From: Selaginella moellendorffii
Lineage: Eukaryota > Plantae > Lycopodiophyta
Reading direction: 5' to 3'
Assembly: GCF_000143415.4 (NCBI RefSeq)
Contig: NW_003314261.1
Coordinates: forward strand, 310,001 to 374,000
Length of the DNA: 64,000 nt
Part shown: in pieces, positions 1 to 12,922 of the stretch
How the letters are laid out: each line of letters opens with the position of its first letter
Numbering within the stretch: position 1 is the first letter of the stretch
Position numbers and translations under genes: made by a program
Notes under the pieces: generated by a model
The model's database searches: none
Told to the model about the DNA's origin: nothing
The model's input: only the letters and a program-made list of their open reading frames with translations

Positions 1-6
1 CTCGCC

Positions 7-1890
7 TTGTTCTCGCGATCGCGATCGAGAGGGGAAGGAGGCTCTGGCTCGTCGTATCCTTGTGTTCCAGATGCTCGCCTCTTTGTCGCGGCTTTGAAAG
101 CTTGCACGAGTCTGATCACGAGAGAGGAAGAAGATGGTGCTGGAATTAATGACTGTGATCGCTACAGGATCCTGGAAACTGGCAATGCCATTCACCACAA
201 CGCAGTTGCCAGCGGCCACGCCTCCAATCTCTTCGTCCAAAACTCGCTGCTGGCAGTGTACGCCAAGTGTGGGAGCTTGGCGAGCGCGACCAGGATCTTC
301 GAGGCCATGGCGGGTCATCGAGACGTGGTGTCGTGGAACTCGCTCATGCTCGGCTACGTAGACAGCGGCGAGCCACGCCTGGCATTGGACTTGTTTGCTC
401 GAATGACGCAACGCTCCGTCGCCATCTCGCCGGACGCCAGGACTTTCCTCATCGCGATCAAGGCTTGCGCTGGGCTCGCAGCCGCCGAGGAGGGCGAGCT
501 CCTTGCCGATGGAAAGCTAGCCAAGACGAAAGCGCTGGAATCGAGCATGGCGATTCACTCGCAGGCTCGCGCGTGCTCCCACACGGACATGTTCCTTGCC
601 AACGCTCTGGTGACCAGCTATGCCAAGTGTGGGAGCCTGCTGGACGCTCGCGCGGCGTTTGACAAGGCTGTGTGTCACGACGTTGTCTCCTGGAATGCTT
701 TGATCCTTGGCTGTGCCGAGAACGAGGAACCCGCGATGGCACTCGAGCTCCAGTCGCGAATGGAGGTTCCTTGCAAGCCCAATGCGCCAACCTTCGTGGC
801 GGCGCTCAAGGCTTGCTCGATCATGGCCGCCAACGAAGATCTCGAGCCTCGCGACGCGAAGAAGAAGCAGCAAAGAACTAGAGCTGCTACACTCGAGCGA
901 GGACGTGTTCTTCATTCCCAGATAGTTTCCTGTCGCTGCGAGGCAGACGTCTTCGTGGTCAGCGCGCTCGTTGACATGTACGCCAAGTGTGGAAGCATGG
1001 GCGATGCTCGGCGAGTGTTTGAGGAGACTTCCAGCCGCTCCAGGAACGTGGTTACTTGGAACTCGATCATACTGGGCTATGCCGACAATGGAGACGCGAG
1101 CTCGGCGCTGGAGCTGCTCGGCCGTATGGGTCTCGAAGGAGAGTGTCCGGCCCCGAATGCTTTGACGTTTGCTGCTGCTCTCAAGGCTGGTTGCGATGGT
1201 GCCGCCGGCTTGGAGACTGTCAAGGCGATCCACGCTCACGTAAGCCGGAGTGGAATGGAGGACGAGATCGTACAAACTTCGCTCGTCGATAGCTATGGCA
1301 AATGCGGTAGCATTGGCGACTGCGAGCTTGTCTTTGGTGGCCTGGTTCCATCCAGAAACTCCGTGACTTGGAACGCGCTCTTGGCAGGGCACAGTCGAGT
1401 GGGAGCTTTCCGCCGGACCGTGGAACTCTTTCATCAGATGCTGGAGGAGACAGTCCCGGTGAGCAGCGTCACCTTTGTGTGCCTTCTCACTGCTTGCAGT
1501 CACGCTGGCCTGGTCGACACTGGCCGCCGGTACTTCGAGCTCATGGTGTCCACCTTTGGAGTGAGTCCAAGCTTGGAGCACTACCACTGCCTGGTTGATA
1601 TGCTTGGTCGCGCTAACAGGATCAAGGAGGCCGTGGATGTGGTCGCTGCGATGCCTTTCAAACCCACTGTTGTCACTTGGACGACTGTTCTAAGCGCCTG
1701 TTGGAAGTGGAGAGACGTAGAACAAGGAAGGATGGCTTTTGAGAAGTTGGTGAGGCTGGACGGGAGGGACGATGCAGCTTGTTTGTTGATGGCAAAGCTC
1801 TATGGAAGCAAAGGAATGTGGGAGGAGCAACTCAAGATACAAGCCTTTAGCTGCAGAGAGATAGATAGCAATGCTCAGTATCATGGGTGA
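7..1890 (+). CDS. PLS-class pentatricopeptide repeat protein ending in a short E-type extension (no DYW); probably starts upstream of the window
   Basis: Intronless 627-aa ORF with repeated PPR motifs (LxxxYAKCGSxxxAxxxF, DVVSWNxLxxG, TFxxxLxAC) and the typical PLS-E end (LTACSHAGLVDTG...HYHCLVDMLGRA...MPFKPTVVTWTTVLSAC). The ORF begins at TTG, not ATG. Confidence 0.93.
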   Translation: MFSRSRSRGEGGSGSSYPCVPDARLFVAALKACTSLITREEEDGAGINDCDRYRILETGNAIHHNAVASGHASNLFVQNSLLAVYAKCGSLASATRIFEAMAGHRDVVSWNSLMLGYVDSGEPRLALDLFARMTQRSVAISPDARTFLIAIKACAGLAAAEEGELLADGKLAKTKALESSMAIHSQARACSHTDMFLANALVTSYAKCGSLLDARAAFDKAVCHDVVSWNALILGCAENEEPAMALELQSRMEVPCKPNAPTFVAALKACSIMAANEDLEPRDAKKKQQRTRAATLERGRVLHSQIVSCRCEADVFVVSALVDMYAKCGSMGDARRVFEETSSRSRNVVTWNSIILGYADNGDASSALELLGRMGLEGECPAPNALTFAAALKAGCDGAAGLETVKAIHAHVSRSGMEDEIVQTSLVDSYGKCGSIGDCELVFGGLVPSRNSVTWNALLAGHSRVGAFRRTVELFHQMLEETVPVSSVTFVCLLTACSHAGLVDTGRRYFELMVSTFGVSPSLEHYHCLVDMLGRANRIKEAVDVVAAMPFKPTVVTWTTVLSACWKWRDVEQGRMAFEKLVRLDGRDDAACLLMAKLYGSKGMWEEQLKIQAFSCREIDSNAQYHG

Positions 1891-2006
1891 TAACGCAATT
1901 CCGGATAAGTATTTGTGAAAACTGACAAGACGAAATGACCCTGGACGGGATAGCAAAATTCCCGATAGAAACTACAAGCAAATGGGGAAAACTGTCATAC
2001 ACCTCA

Positions 2007-5000
2007 TCACGATCCAATGTAGAGTACTGGGACCAGTCCACTGATTTTGCCATCTCGCCCAGGCTTCTTCTTTCGTACCTGTATATGCGCGTTAGCTGTG
2101 GGCTGATAAGGTTTGAACAAACTTACGTGATACCAGCCGTCCACTTCGTATTCGATTTCCAGGTCCTCGCCAGAGACTATACTTAACTGCACGGCAGTAG
2201 ACTTGATTAGCACTTTTGTTCAAAGGTGTACCTTGCTGACGTACCTCCTCGTCACCACCCGCGGTGAAGTCGTATAAGGCTCTGCCGGACTGAGTCCCGT
2301 CTTGAAGGGATGCGTGGCTGGGATTCTCCGACGAAAAACTGTCCTGCCTTCCAAATCTAGATTGCCAAGATTCCTCCTGTAGATTTCGCGGCAACGTCAG
2401 TAAGTACAGATTAAGAGTTCACAAACCTCGCTTCTTGAAGGTTCGTCTTCGTTGAGTGAAGATAGTGTAGAAGGTTCAGGCCTTGGCTCCTCCTGCGTCC
2501 GAACCCAAATTTTCAAGGTGAAACTCAAAATACAAAGTCATACCCATCTTTGTTGTTGGCCGAACCCAGGTGCTGTGGGATTGTTGAACAGAGAGGGATA
2601 TCTGGTACTGCCATAGCGTGACGACGCAGATGTTTCGAAAGATGCTGTTGACTCTGGGGAGGAAGACCCAGAGGAACGATCATCTACAGTCTGGGGGCAC
2701 GTATTTAGTTAGTGACTGCCACACATAAAACTGCAAATGGCAAACCTCATCGTCCGATGCCTCCAGCAGCGTTTTCGCCCACATGTCGTCGTAGCTGATG
2801 GACTGTCGAGCAGTCGGATTCTCCTCCACTTCGGGAGCATCTGTACCCTTTCCACCAAGAAAGTCGTTTACCTGAAAACATAAACGCGGTCAGAACCATA
2901 CAAGACGAAAACTGGACTTCTTCGTTAACCAGATCTGCCGCCCGAGGACTCGGAGTCCATAAAGTATCCGAAACATTTGGTTTGTCTTCTTCTATTTGAA
3001 CTGGAGGATACTCGGGTTGCGCTCCAGCGTAGGGAAGCAAGTCCGCAATGCCTGTCGCTACAGCTGGATCATTATACCCAGTAGCAACATCGATGTGATG
3101 CCTTTTGCAATAAATATCTATCAAATTCGCGCTGCTTGCCACGAAAGCGTTAGTCCCCAGAGATACAGATAACTGAAACATACCTTGTGGGGCCAAGAGG
3201 CAAGTATTTTGATCGAGGAACAAAACAAAAAAGAGATACTAGATCTAGTAACCTCTCGTGAGTTTCATAAAGTACCCGTAGCTCATCATCGCTCCATTCT
3301 TGCTTTGCATTGTCATGTTGTCGCATATCCCTGAAACAGCACCTATGAGTTGCGTAAACACCAAACGAAAGCAGATACATACTTGATAAGCTGATCCTGA
3401 GCCTTGTACATTTCATCTAGCACCCGAAGCATTGGAGCGAGTATTGAGCTGAGACCTGTGCCACTAGCGCCTTGGTCTTCACCGTTGCTCACGTGCAAGT
3501 CGGAAAATTTGTCCAATGCATGTCCTTTAGCAAGTGCATCCAGAAACTCGTAGATTTGTAGCCTGTAAGGCTCACCCGACCTTATAGCGATCGTGATCAA
3601 TGCTTGCGCGGCAACGATTCTCACCTGGTCAAGAACGATGTCGATCAAACGTTAGTAATAAGGAAGAAAAGAAACTAAGAACGTGTACCTCCCAGCTGCC
3701 ACTTGAGGCACATCTTTGGAGGCGGGTCAAAGCCCCGGCAAGCGTAGGATTTCTGGAGCTTGCAGCAGCCACCATTTTGTCTCCATCCAGCATCATCAAC
3801 GCTGTTCCTGGAGGTGTTTTAGATTCCCATGCGTACTCTGCTGCAGCGTAGTTGGCATTCTCACCCAGAAACCACACCTGAGTGACGCAGTGTCAACTAG
3901 AGTCAAAAAGGATTTTCCATACCGCAGCCTGAACAAGTCGCAGAAGTGCTGTTGCAGCCTTTGGATCAAATGCAGATATTCTGTCCAGCAAGGAAGAGGA
4001 CTTCATCACCACTGGTGCGGGCGGTGGAAGGTCCAGTACAATAGTGACAGCCTCCAAAGCGGTGTGCTTTCCAGTTGGGCCACAACCAACCAGACATGTC
4101 TACAAAAGTAACGAAGGAATATAGACAATGCACAAAACTCAGTGCTAACCTTCCAAAGAAGCTGCAAGACGTCCGCATCAATTTTACCAGGTACTTTGGT
4201 TGCGAACAGCCGTGAAATGTCCAGTAAGATGACTGCCATGTCAGGTGTGGCCTGGAAACAACCGGTCAGTAAAATGCAAAATCCGAAAGTCTTTGGATAA
4301 CCTTGAAACGAGCATGCAATGTGAGTAGTATATCACTCAAAAGCGATGCAGGCCATGACGGATCAGAGAGCTCGCCCGCTATTATAGACTTTAATTCCTC
4401 GACGGATTCGTCAGGTCTTTGCATCCAGATCATGGCTTTGATGGCAGCTGCACGCACATAGACGCATTCACATGCGACAGTGGTGCGTACAGCCTCCATC
4501 AACGAGGACAACATGCTGGATATAGTTTCTCTTGCAGAAGAAAGAGATGAAACTTTCGACCGACCACCTGCAAGGGTCTTGAGTTGTCATCCATACTCAT
4601 ACTCAGGTGATTACCTTCAGCATCTCCCACATCTTCAGTTAAACCATTCTCAATGAAGCTCTCGGGGTAACTGTCTTCGTTTACGGATACACCGTGCGTA
4701 AAGGCTGCCGCTCGACTTCTTCCTATTTCCATGATAATCCTGGCAGCAGCATGAAGTACGGGTCTTGAATGGCTCCGAAGGGCAGATTCCAGCCTGCATC
4801 AAACGTCATCTGGTTTCACTTGCAGACAACAAAAACGTTACCTTCTCATAACCAGCTTGATGAGTGCTTGAGGTCTTCGAGGTCTTGGCATGGTTCGATC
4901 TCTAGGTAGCTTTGCAGGTTGTCCATCCTGAGAACCTCCATCCTTAATAGGAGAATTGTCTTTCAGTGGATTGAAAGAAGTATCCGGAAATCTCAAAATT

Positions 5001-6937
5001 GCAGATGCCAAAACTGTCCATCCATTTGCACGTTCTGCAGAACTGTAGCAAGAATCAATAGAATGTCTAGCTAACATCAAAAGAGACTTCAAGTCTTGCC
5101 TTTCAGTGTTACTAAATTTCCCCAAAATGCAGCTGATTGCTTCAAAGCAAACTCTTTCACTAGGATCCAGAAGAAGCTGGTATAATATAGTAGTGAACTG
5201 AGATCTGAGATCCGGTACTTCTGTAGAAAAGAACACAATGGGAGTTCGGAAAACAAAGATAATAAAAGGAAACCCAAACCATCTAATACGCGAGCTCTCG
5301 AAAGTACGTAGCAAAGTCGAGCGAGGTATACACGGGCCATAACATCATGAATTTGCAAAACCTCCTGTAATGATCCTATAAAGAAAAAAACAAGAAAAAA
5401 ACGACTGGTTGAGCAAAATTTCAACTTCACTCCATATAGACTCACCTCCTGCAAGTGATAGCTTTGCTACAAGAGAGAAAATTAAAATTGTTAACTTCTA
5501 ACATCATGAACCCGGGATCTTACCGACAGCCATTGCGACTCCGTAAGGATCCCTCGGCGCCATTTCTGAGACCATTGCCAAGGCATGTCTCACTCCCACG
5601 GGATCGGCACACGCTATCCTGCAACAAATCATGGCTTAAGCGTTGCCTTTGAGAACGTCTGAATGTTTACCCTTGTACGGCACGGTGCAAGAAAGCGGGA
5701 TTCCCTTGGTCTATTGGAAGCTTTTGCAAAGCACTCAGCGCGGCATATTGTAAGTTGCTTCGTAAAGCAGACTGAGACAGGCATCGTTGTATAAACTGGA
5801 CACTAACAGTGAAGCTACTCACCTCTCTATCCAAAGTTTGTCGACCAAACATTCCCCTTTTCTTTCGTATTTTCCCTGCATCTGCAACCTGAAAACAAAA
5901 CCGTTCGATTAAAACTGCACAATGGTCGCTCATTACCTTGTCCAAAATGCCAAAAACAATCTCGTACAACTTTGTCACGACATCCTCATTAGTTGAAGCG
6001 CAAGTCAAGGCCTTCAATGCAGCAATCCGCCGGGGGTGAACTGTGCTGTGGCACATTAGAGCATTGAAGGAGTAGAAGCAACACAGAAGAAAGAGAGCAA
6101 GAGTTAGCAACACGTACCGGCAGGATCAGGGGTGGACGCCTCGGCAGCCAGAAGTTCAATAATACGAGGAACTACATCGGCTCTTGTCACACCTCCCGCA
6201 ACACTCATGTCCGCTAGAGCATCCCAATTGGGAGTTGGAATGCCGCCTCCAGGAACAACACCGTGCGAATCAGCTTCCCCAAGTATTCGTGAGAGGAAGT
6301 AGTAGACATATCTCAAAACTTGCCGATCATCAGCTTGTTGGTGGAGCTACAACCAAGCAAGACACAAGTTGGAATTTCTAGACAAATTTCTAGACATACC
6401 ATGATCAGAGATGGCGCTAGTGACGGATCCACTGAGCTATACACAGCGAGCTTGGGAAAGACGTGATTGACGAGCTGCCTTTGAGGTGCTTTCTATTTGG
6501 CCAAGGAGAGAGTAAGTCGCTAGAGAAGAGAAAAAATTTGAGCGATACCTGATCCGACGTCGCTGCGAGCTCGTGCAGAGACCTGGCGAGCTGGGAATAT
6601 GACAACGGCTGCAAAACAACACGGAGGAAATCCTCAAAAATCTCAAATCTCGCAGCAATGAGGCAGATCTTACCTTCTTCTGCTTGGGAGCGATTGTCTT
6701 GACTGGAGACGGCAAAATCTTGCTAGGCGATAGCAAGCCATCGCCGGGCAGCTGCAATAAATTGGGCAAGCTCGACTTTTTGAAAGATCTGCGCCCGGCA
6801 GTGAAGCCTCCACCCGAGCCCGACGACGCCGAGGAGGGAGCAGGGGATGGCGCGACTGGATCCGCCGAGATGAGATCCATGAGCGACGACGATCCTCCCC
6901 CGGCGCCAGCATTCTGCTGAGATCCCGCCATGGCCAT
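2007..6937 (-). CDS. TASH3: TPLATE complex subunit TASH3 (SH3-domain endocytic adaptor), multi-exon
   Basis: N-terminus MAGSQQ...SLMDLISADP...KK|PLSYSQLARSLHELAATSDQ...LRYVYYFLSRIL, and a C-terminal SH3 (ALYDFTAGGDEE...LEIEYEVDGW...KKKPGRDGKISGLVPVLYIGS*). Many short GT-AG introns. ATG at 6937 or 6931, stop at 2007. Confidence 0.9.
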
Positions 6938-6945
6938 AAACCCTA
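6938..6945 (+). promoter_or_regulatory. telo-box-like AAACCCTA next to the TASH3 start; the same motif lies just upstream of VPS24 (about 50757) and TEL2 (about 59637)
   Basis: AAACCCTA lies within about 25 bp of three housekeeping-gene ATGs; it is a known plant 5'-region element. Confidence 0.45.
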
Positions 6946-7479
6946 GAAGAGGAAGATTATCCAGGCATATACCTTTCCCAAAAGGTAAAAAGTAACAATT
7001 AACTTTATTTAAATAGCAGCTCACGGCGGCAAAAAATGGGGGTATAAACAATAATATTGGGAAGGCTTGTGGCTGTGCTAGGGGTGGGTTGGTAGATATG
7101 GTTTATGAAATATTTTTGCTGATGTTAGTCAGTGCCAGTGCCAGGGTGCCATCTTTTCTTAGTTAGAAAAAATTCCAGTGAACAGGGTTTCTTGAATCCT
7201 TGAGGGGAAACTTGTGAGGGGAAAAGTTCCAATGAATAGGGTTTTTTAGTGAGGGGATTGTGATTGGGAATCATGTGTGCATCTGATTGAGGGGGTTCAT
7301 TGAGTCCTTGTTGGGAAGTCTAGTATTTTTGCTAATGTCATGCTTTCAGATTCTTAGAAGAGCTTGCCGCACAATTGACCATGTGGCAAAATATCCATTA
7401 GTGACATAGGCCAATTAGAGTGAGTTGAAAGAAGATGGCTTGCAGATCCTCAACATGTGTGCCTCTAGTGCTAAAACTA

Positions 7480-8620
7480 CATAAGTCATCCATGTAGATC
7501 TGCAAAGAGTGGAGCATCAAGTCATGAAAGGCAAACTTCATGATCTACTAGAATGTCGCTGATGCATTCACAAGGCCAAAAGGAAGGACTCTATATGTGT
7601 GGATGCCCCAAGGTGTGTGGAAGGATATCTTCACTTTGTCCAGCTCAAAGATTTGCACCTGACTGTAGCCACTAAAACCTTTTATAAAGGAGTAGATCTC
7701 ATGACTAGCTATGGCATTGAGAATGTCGTCAATGAATGGTGTCGAGAAGTAGTCATGCAACATAGCTTTGTTGAGGTCTCTGAAATCCATATAGACTTGG
7801 ATGTTGCCATTGGCCTTCCTCACTAGAACAATTGAGCTAATCCACTCTATTTCTCAATTGAAAAGATGAACTTGACATTGATAAATTCATGATTTCAGCT
7901 TTGACAACCGAAACCAGCATGGGACTGAGACATCATGGAGCTTGCTGCAATGCTCAAGCATCCTCATGGAAGAGAATATGATGCACAGCCACCTTTGGAG
8001 AGACTCCTCACAGATTTGTATAATGCTATGCAAAGACATTGTTGTAGTCAAAGAAAGGTGGCACAATTGCTTATATTCCACTTGAGTGACTTCATCTCGA
8101 ATAAAGATGAATTATGGTGAGGATCCAGGAGTGGCCAGGTTGAGCTCAATGAGGCTGGTGTCAGCCACAAAAGCAACCATGTTGATCTCCACCAAATTGA
8201 TAAGAGCCTCACAATCAAATGGTGAAAGCTTGCTCTCATCAAGTATCTCTTGTATGAAGAAGGTAGTAAGACTCTACTTTGCCAAGGCATTAGCAGCCAC
8301 ATTTTGCTCTCTGGAGATGTACTGAAGTGTCAAAGAACTGAGCTATATTAGTATGTGTTAAAGCTCCTTATGTAATGGAAGATGTCATGAAATTTTGAGC
8401 TAGAATCCACTATATATGTGTTGGCATGCAAAGTTGGAGTTTGTCTTGATTGCTAGGTGTTGTAAACCACAACCAAGAGCCTCTTGGACACCAACTATAA
8501 AAGCTCTTTACTTTGTTTCATAAGAAGACTTCATATGGAACTCTTTCACTTTGTGTTTTTGTTACTTGCTCTTGCACACATTGAGAATGGCATTGACTTC
8601 ATATTCCTCTTCCCCTTGGA
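7480..8620 (-). mobile_element. Decayed Tat-clade Ty3/gypsy pol fragment with an additional (archaeal-type) RNase H upstream of RT
   Basis: 7548-7823 encodes RT (VYMDFRDLNKA...PFIDDIL...FSGYSQV...TPWGIHTYRVLPFGLVNASATF). About 8280-8520 encodes aRH remnants (YETK*RAFIVGVQEALGCGLQHLAIKTNS and LQYISREQNVAANALAK). Contains stops and frameshifts. Confidence 0.75.
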
Positions 8621-10003
8621 TAACCTTAGGTAAAAGTTTTACTTGGTCCTTGTGAAGAAAATCCTCAAAATATAATTTAAATAAGTTTATATAGAACACA
8701 GGGTGCACCTTCCCTATCTCTTAAGGAAGTCAAAGGCGGTAAGCCACTTTATCAATTCGTGCCTCAATTTTGTAAAGCTCACGAACCTACTTAAAGAACT
8801 CAAGATCAATTCATTTCTAGAAATACATGTATTTTTACCTTTGGGTCAACTTCCGCCTAATTCTAATTGGTAGTCTTAGGTTCTTGGTGTTCATCTACAC
8901 CTTCTCCCCAGGTTAGAACTTTACATTTCAATGCTTTTGGTTTGCATATTTAATTTGCCTTTGTTGAGCCCGTTCCAAGGAATCCCTCACTAGATTCCAA
9001 ATGTTAAGCCTTTCTGCCATGAATGCCTCCACTGCAGGTAACTTTTCATAATACTCAGTTATTTCGAGTTCCACAAGACCTTCAATAGCTTGCCCATTAA
9101 TGATTTCCCATAGACTCACCTCAATACTTGAATATAGTGAGTTGTTATAACACATTTTCATAAATCCTAAATGACTTACCCAATCGGTTTGGTCTCTAGA
9201 AACATAGTATTGTAAATAATCCTCCAGCTACCCTTTCCATTTGTTTATTTATCAAGAAGTGTTATTGCCATCAAACTTGACTTAATACCTAATATCTATT
9301 TATGGGTGATAAGTTATGTTGAATTTCAACTTAGTGCGATATTGTTCCAGAAGAGTTTTCTAGAACCTACTGATGAAGATTTTATCTCGACTGAGATAAT
9401 CTTTTTTGGCCTTCCCCACACTTGAACCACTTATTTGAAGAATAGTTTTGCCACACCTTTCATATCCACTTCTATTATGGTGGGTATGAAATGTGCCATC
9501 TTCAAAAACTGGTCTACCACCACGAATATTGCATTAAACCCCTCGTTTCGGGGGAGTCCTATGATGAAGTGCATTGTAAAACATTTCTACGGACAATCTG
9601 GAATTGGAATGCTTTGTAACAAGCCCCCACTAGCTTTAGTCACGGCTTTGACCTGCTGACATATTAGACATGTCTTTACATAGTCTTTGACGTCTTTAGC
9701 CATATCTAACTAGTGATATTTCCTCTTGAGTAAGCTATTGTCTTAGGCATTCCACCATGTCCTATAAGAGGTCCATCATGACATTATTCTAAGGCTACTT
9801 TCCTTAGTTCCCCTTTTAGAACATACATCCTCGTTTGTTTATAATAGATGAGTTTATTGCGTTCCGTATAACCTATTTTCTCTTCCGTTGGCAGCTCACA
9901 TATTTGGTGAGCTTCCCGTGCCTCTTGGTTCCTTAGCAACACTTCTTGTGCTAAACTATTGTTCACATATGCTGTTCACACATCATCCCAAAAGGTTGTT
10001 ATC

Positions 10004-10878
10004 TGTAGCACACTTTATCTCTCTCCCCTTAAGCCAACTGGAAAAGAGGCAATTGCTTAATGAGAGAGCCCTTAGTGGCTATTTTATCCCTATTTATCTC
10101 CCAAGGTTCCAAGGATCCATGGTAACAATATATTTAAATCTCATCCCATGATCACATGCACTACACTCACCCCCCTTTTAGAGATGTCAATGTGTTAATT
10201 AACTAGTAACTAGCAACTCCTATTGAGCCAAGGGAAACCAACACCTCCATTTCCATACTGAATCTACCAATTCTTCAATTGTATAGACCAATTATTCCAT
10301 GTAAGGCAACTAGTCATCCATCCGTACTACATATTTAAACCGTATATACATATTAAACATATAAAACGGTATTAAACCATACATCCATACATCCATAAAA
10401 TAGCCACTAAAGGGCTCTCTCATCAAGCAATTACCCTTTTTCCAATTGAATTAAGAGGAGAGAGATAAAGTGTGCTATATATGGTATCAGAGCAAATAAC
10501 ACAGATTCGATTCCCATTAATTAGTGGCTATTTAATTAGAGTATGGGTGGATGTAACCGTATAATACATATTAAACCGTATATTAACATTAAACGGTATT
10601 AAACCATACAATATGTATGGATGTAACCGTATAAACATATTAAACTGTATATTATATTTTTAAATAGCCACTAATTAATGGGAATCGAATCTGTGTTATT
10701 TGCTCTGATACCATATATAGCACACTTTATCTCTCTCCTCTTAATTCAATTGGAAAAAGGGTAATTGCTTGATGAGAGAGCCCTTTAGTGGCTATTTTAT
10801 CCCCATTTATCCCCTAATGTTCTAAGGACCCATAGTGACAGTATATCCAAATCTCATCCCATGATCACATGCGCTACA
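10004..10878 (-). mobile_element. TRIM (miniature non-autonomous LTR retroelement) inserted between RNase H and integrase of the gypsy element
   Basis: Direct repeats of about 162 bp at 10004-10165 (TGTAGCAC...GCACTACA) and 10716-10878. tRNA-Met PBS (TGGTATCAGAGC on minus) at 10702-10713. PPT at about 10166-10180. No coding capacity. No clean TSD seen. Confidence 0.85.
10395..10800. repeat. Perfect 141-bp inverted repeat (10395-10535 / 10660-10800) with a 124-bp AT-rich micro-repeat spacer
   Basis: Base-by-base comparison shows the two arms are exact reverse complements. Confidence 0.92.
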
Positions 10879-12922
10879 TCGTTTTGGATATTGCCAACTT
10901 CAAGCTCATTTTTTGACTTAGAACATCTGCCACGATGTTGCTCTTCCCAAGTTTATACAGAATCTTGCAATCAAACTTGGCAAAAGCATTAGCCCACTGA
11001 TCTTGTTTCCCTCTCAAGTCAGGCTGTGACAAGAAGTATTTTGTTGCCACATTATCCGTGTAAACTTTGAAGTGTCTCCCAAGGTAGTATCGCCACTCTT
11101 TGAGCACCTTGACCACCGCAAACAATTCCTTCTCTTAGGCAGGCCACTTTCGCTAAGCCTTGTCTAACTTCTTCAAGAAGAACGTTATTGGATGATTGTT
11201 TTACTTCAAAATTGTGACTAACGCAAAGTCTGAAACATCTGTTTCTACCTTAAAATCATTACCAAAGTCTCGTAATGCCAACATAGGAGCCTTCCTCAAC
11301 TTCCCCTTGAGGTGGACAAATGTCGCTTTGCATTCTGCAGTCCATACTATCTTCTTTTTTCCCGTTTGATCCATTAAAGACAAAGTTACTCTCAAATAGT
11401 GTTTGATAAACTTTCAGTAGTAGTTGCATAGCCCCAAGAATACCCTTCACTTGTGTACATTCGATAGTCATTCCTATTCCTAGATTGCTTGGATCTTTTT
11501 AGAATCCACCTTGAGCTTGTCTTTGCCCACCACATGTTTGAGAAATTTTACCTCTTGTTGAGCAAAGTTATATTTGCTCTCTTTAGCATACAATTAGTGT
11601 TTCCTTAGTTTCTCAAACACCTTTGTCATGCTCCTTTAGTGTTTTGCTATAGATCAAGATGTCGTTAATGTAGACGACCACGAAATGATCCAAGTAGGGT
11701 ACAAAAATGTGGTTCATCAGCACTGAAAATGTTGCTAGTACATTGCACAGCCCAAAGGGCATCACTAAAAACTCAAAACTTCCATACCTTGTTTGACAAG
11801 TTGTCTTCTCGACATCTTCCTTTGCTACCTTGATTTAGTAGTATCTTGACTTTAGGTCAATCCTCGAGAAGTATTTTGCATTTCCCAACCTATCGAACAA
11901 GTCCTCAATCCTTAGTAAAGGGTATTTGTTTTTTTTTGTATACTTGTTGAGCAACTAATAGTCTATGCATATGTGCATAGATCCATCTTTCTTTTTCACA
12001 AATAACATTAATGCACCATATGGTGATTTTCTCAACCTAATATACCTTTTTCCACCAACTCCTCCAGTTGGCACTTGAGCTCTTCGAGTTCCCTTTTGTT
12101 CAACCGATAGGGGGGATGAACCACTGCCTTAGCACCCTCAACCAGCTCAATTTTATGTTTTATTGGTTGTGCGGGGTAACCTTGCCGGTAGCTCCTCCAA
12201 CATGGTATCTTGGAATTGGTCCAACACCCACTAGATCACTAAAGGTACTTCTTCTATTCCTATCTTTTTGTCACTCCTCATCGAGAGTAAGCATAAAAAT
12301 GTTATATTGGTTCCTTTAGTGAGTTGTCCTTTCATGGACACCAGGTTGAAGTAGGAGTCTTTGGCTTTGCATTGCCTTACCTTTAGATCTTGGGCCTCCA
12401 CCCTAGATTATTCTCCCCAGGCATTTGCTAGTACTACAAGGTTCCTACCTTGTCCATGCATGGCTGCCACAAACTGATTGAACTAATCCATCTTGAAGAT
12501 CACGTCAAATCCCGCCATGTCCAAAATAGTGAAATCTATGTCTGTCCCTATTTCAACTCTTGTTTGTCAAAGTACTTCATCAGTACTTTGGCTACCTTGA
12601 ACAAACTCTATAGTCCTTAGTTCGCCTAATTATTGCACCGTTAGTCCGGCTTGTTAGACTATATTTGCAACCATAAAATTATCTAAAGCACCCGTGTCAA
12701 TAAGAATCTTAACAAAGCTACCTCCAAGCTTCTTTTGGAGGGTTAGTAAATGCCGCAAACAACTCTTTACCAAAGTTGCTTATGTAATGAGTAACTTTGA
12801 GCTAGGGACTGAATCACATACTTTAGTTTGGTTTTCATCTGACTTAATGGTTATATTGACTTTGGCCTTCTTCAGGTAGGGACATTTTCTTGAAAAGTGT
12901 CCTTCTTCACCACAGTTGAAGC

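Noticed and set aside
517-1587. Long antisense ORFs (also 46495-47457, 60698-61159, 62742-63302)
   Set aside because: Shadow frames of GC-rich genes on the other strand, with no recognisable motifs.
10004-10878. Retrozyme (hammerhead-bearing LTR element)
   Set aside because: TTGATGAG is present, but I found no CUGANGA...GAAA core with supporting stems.
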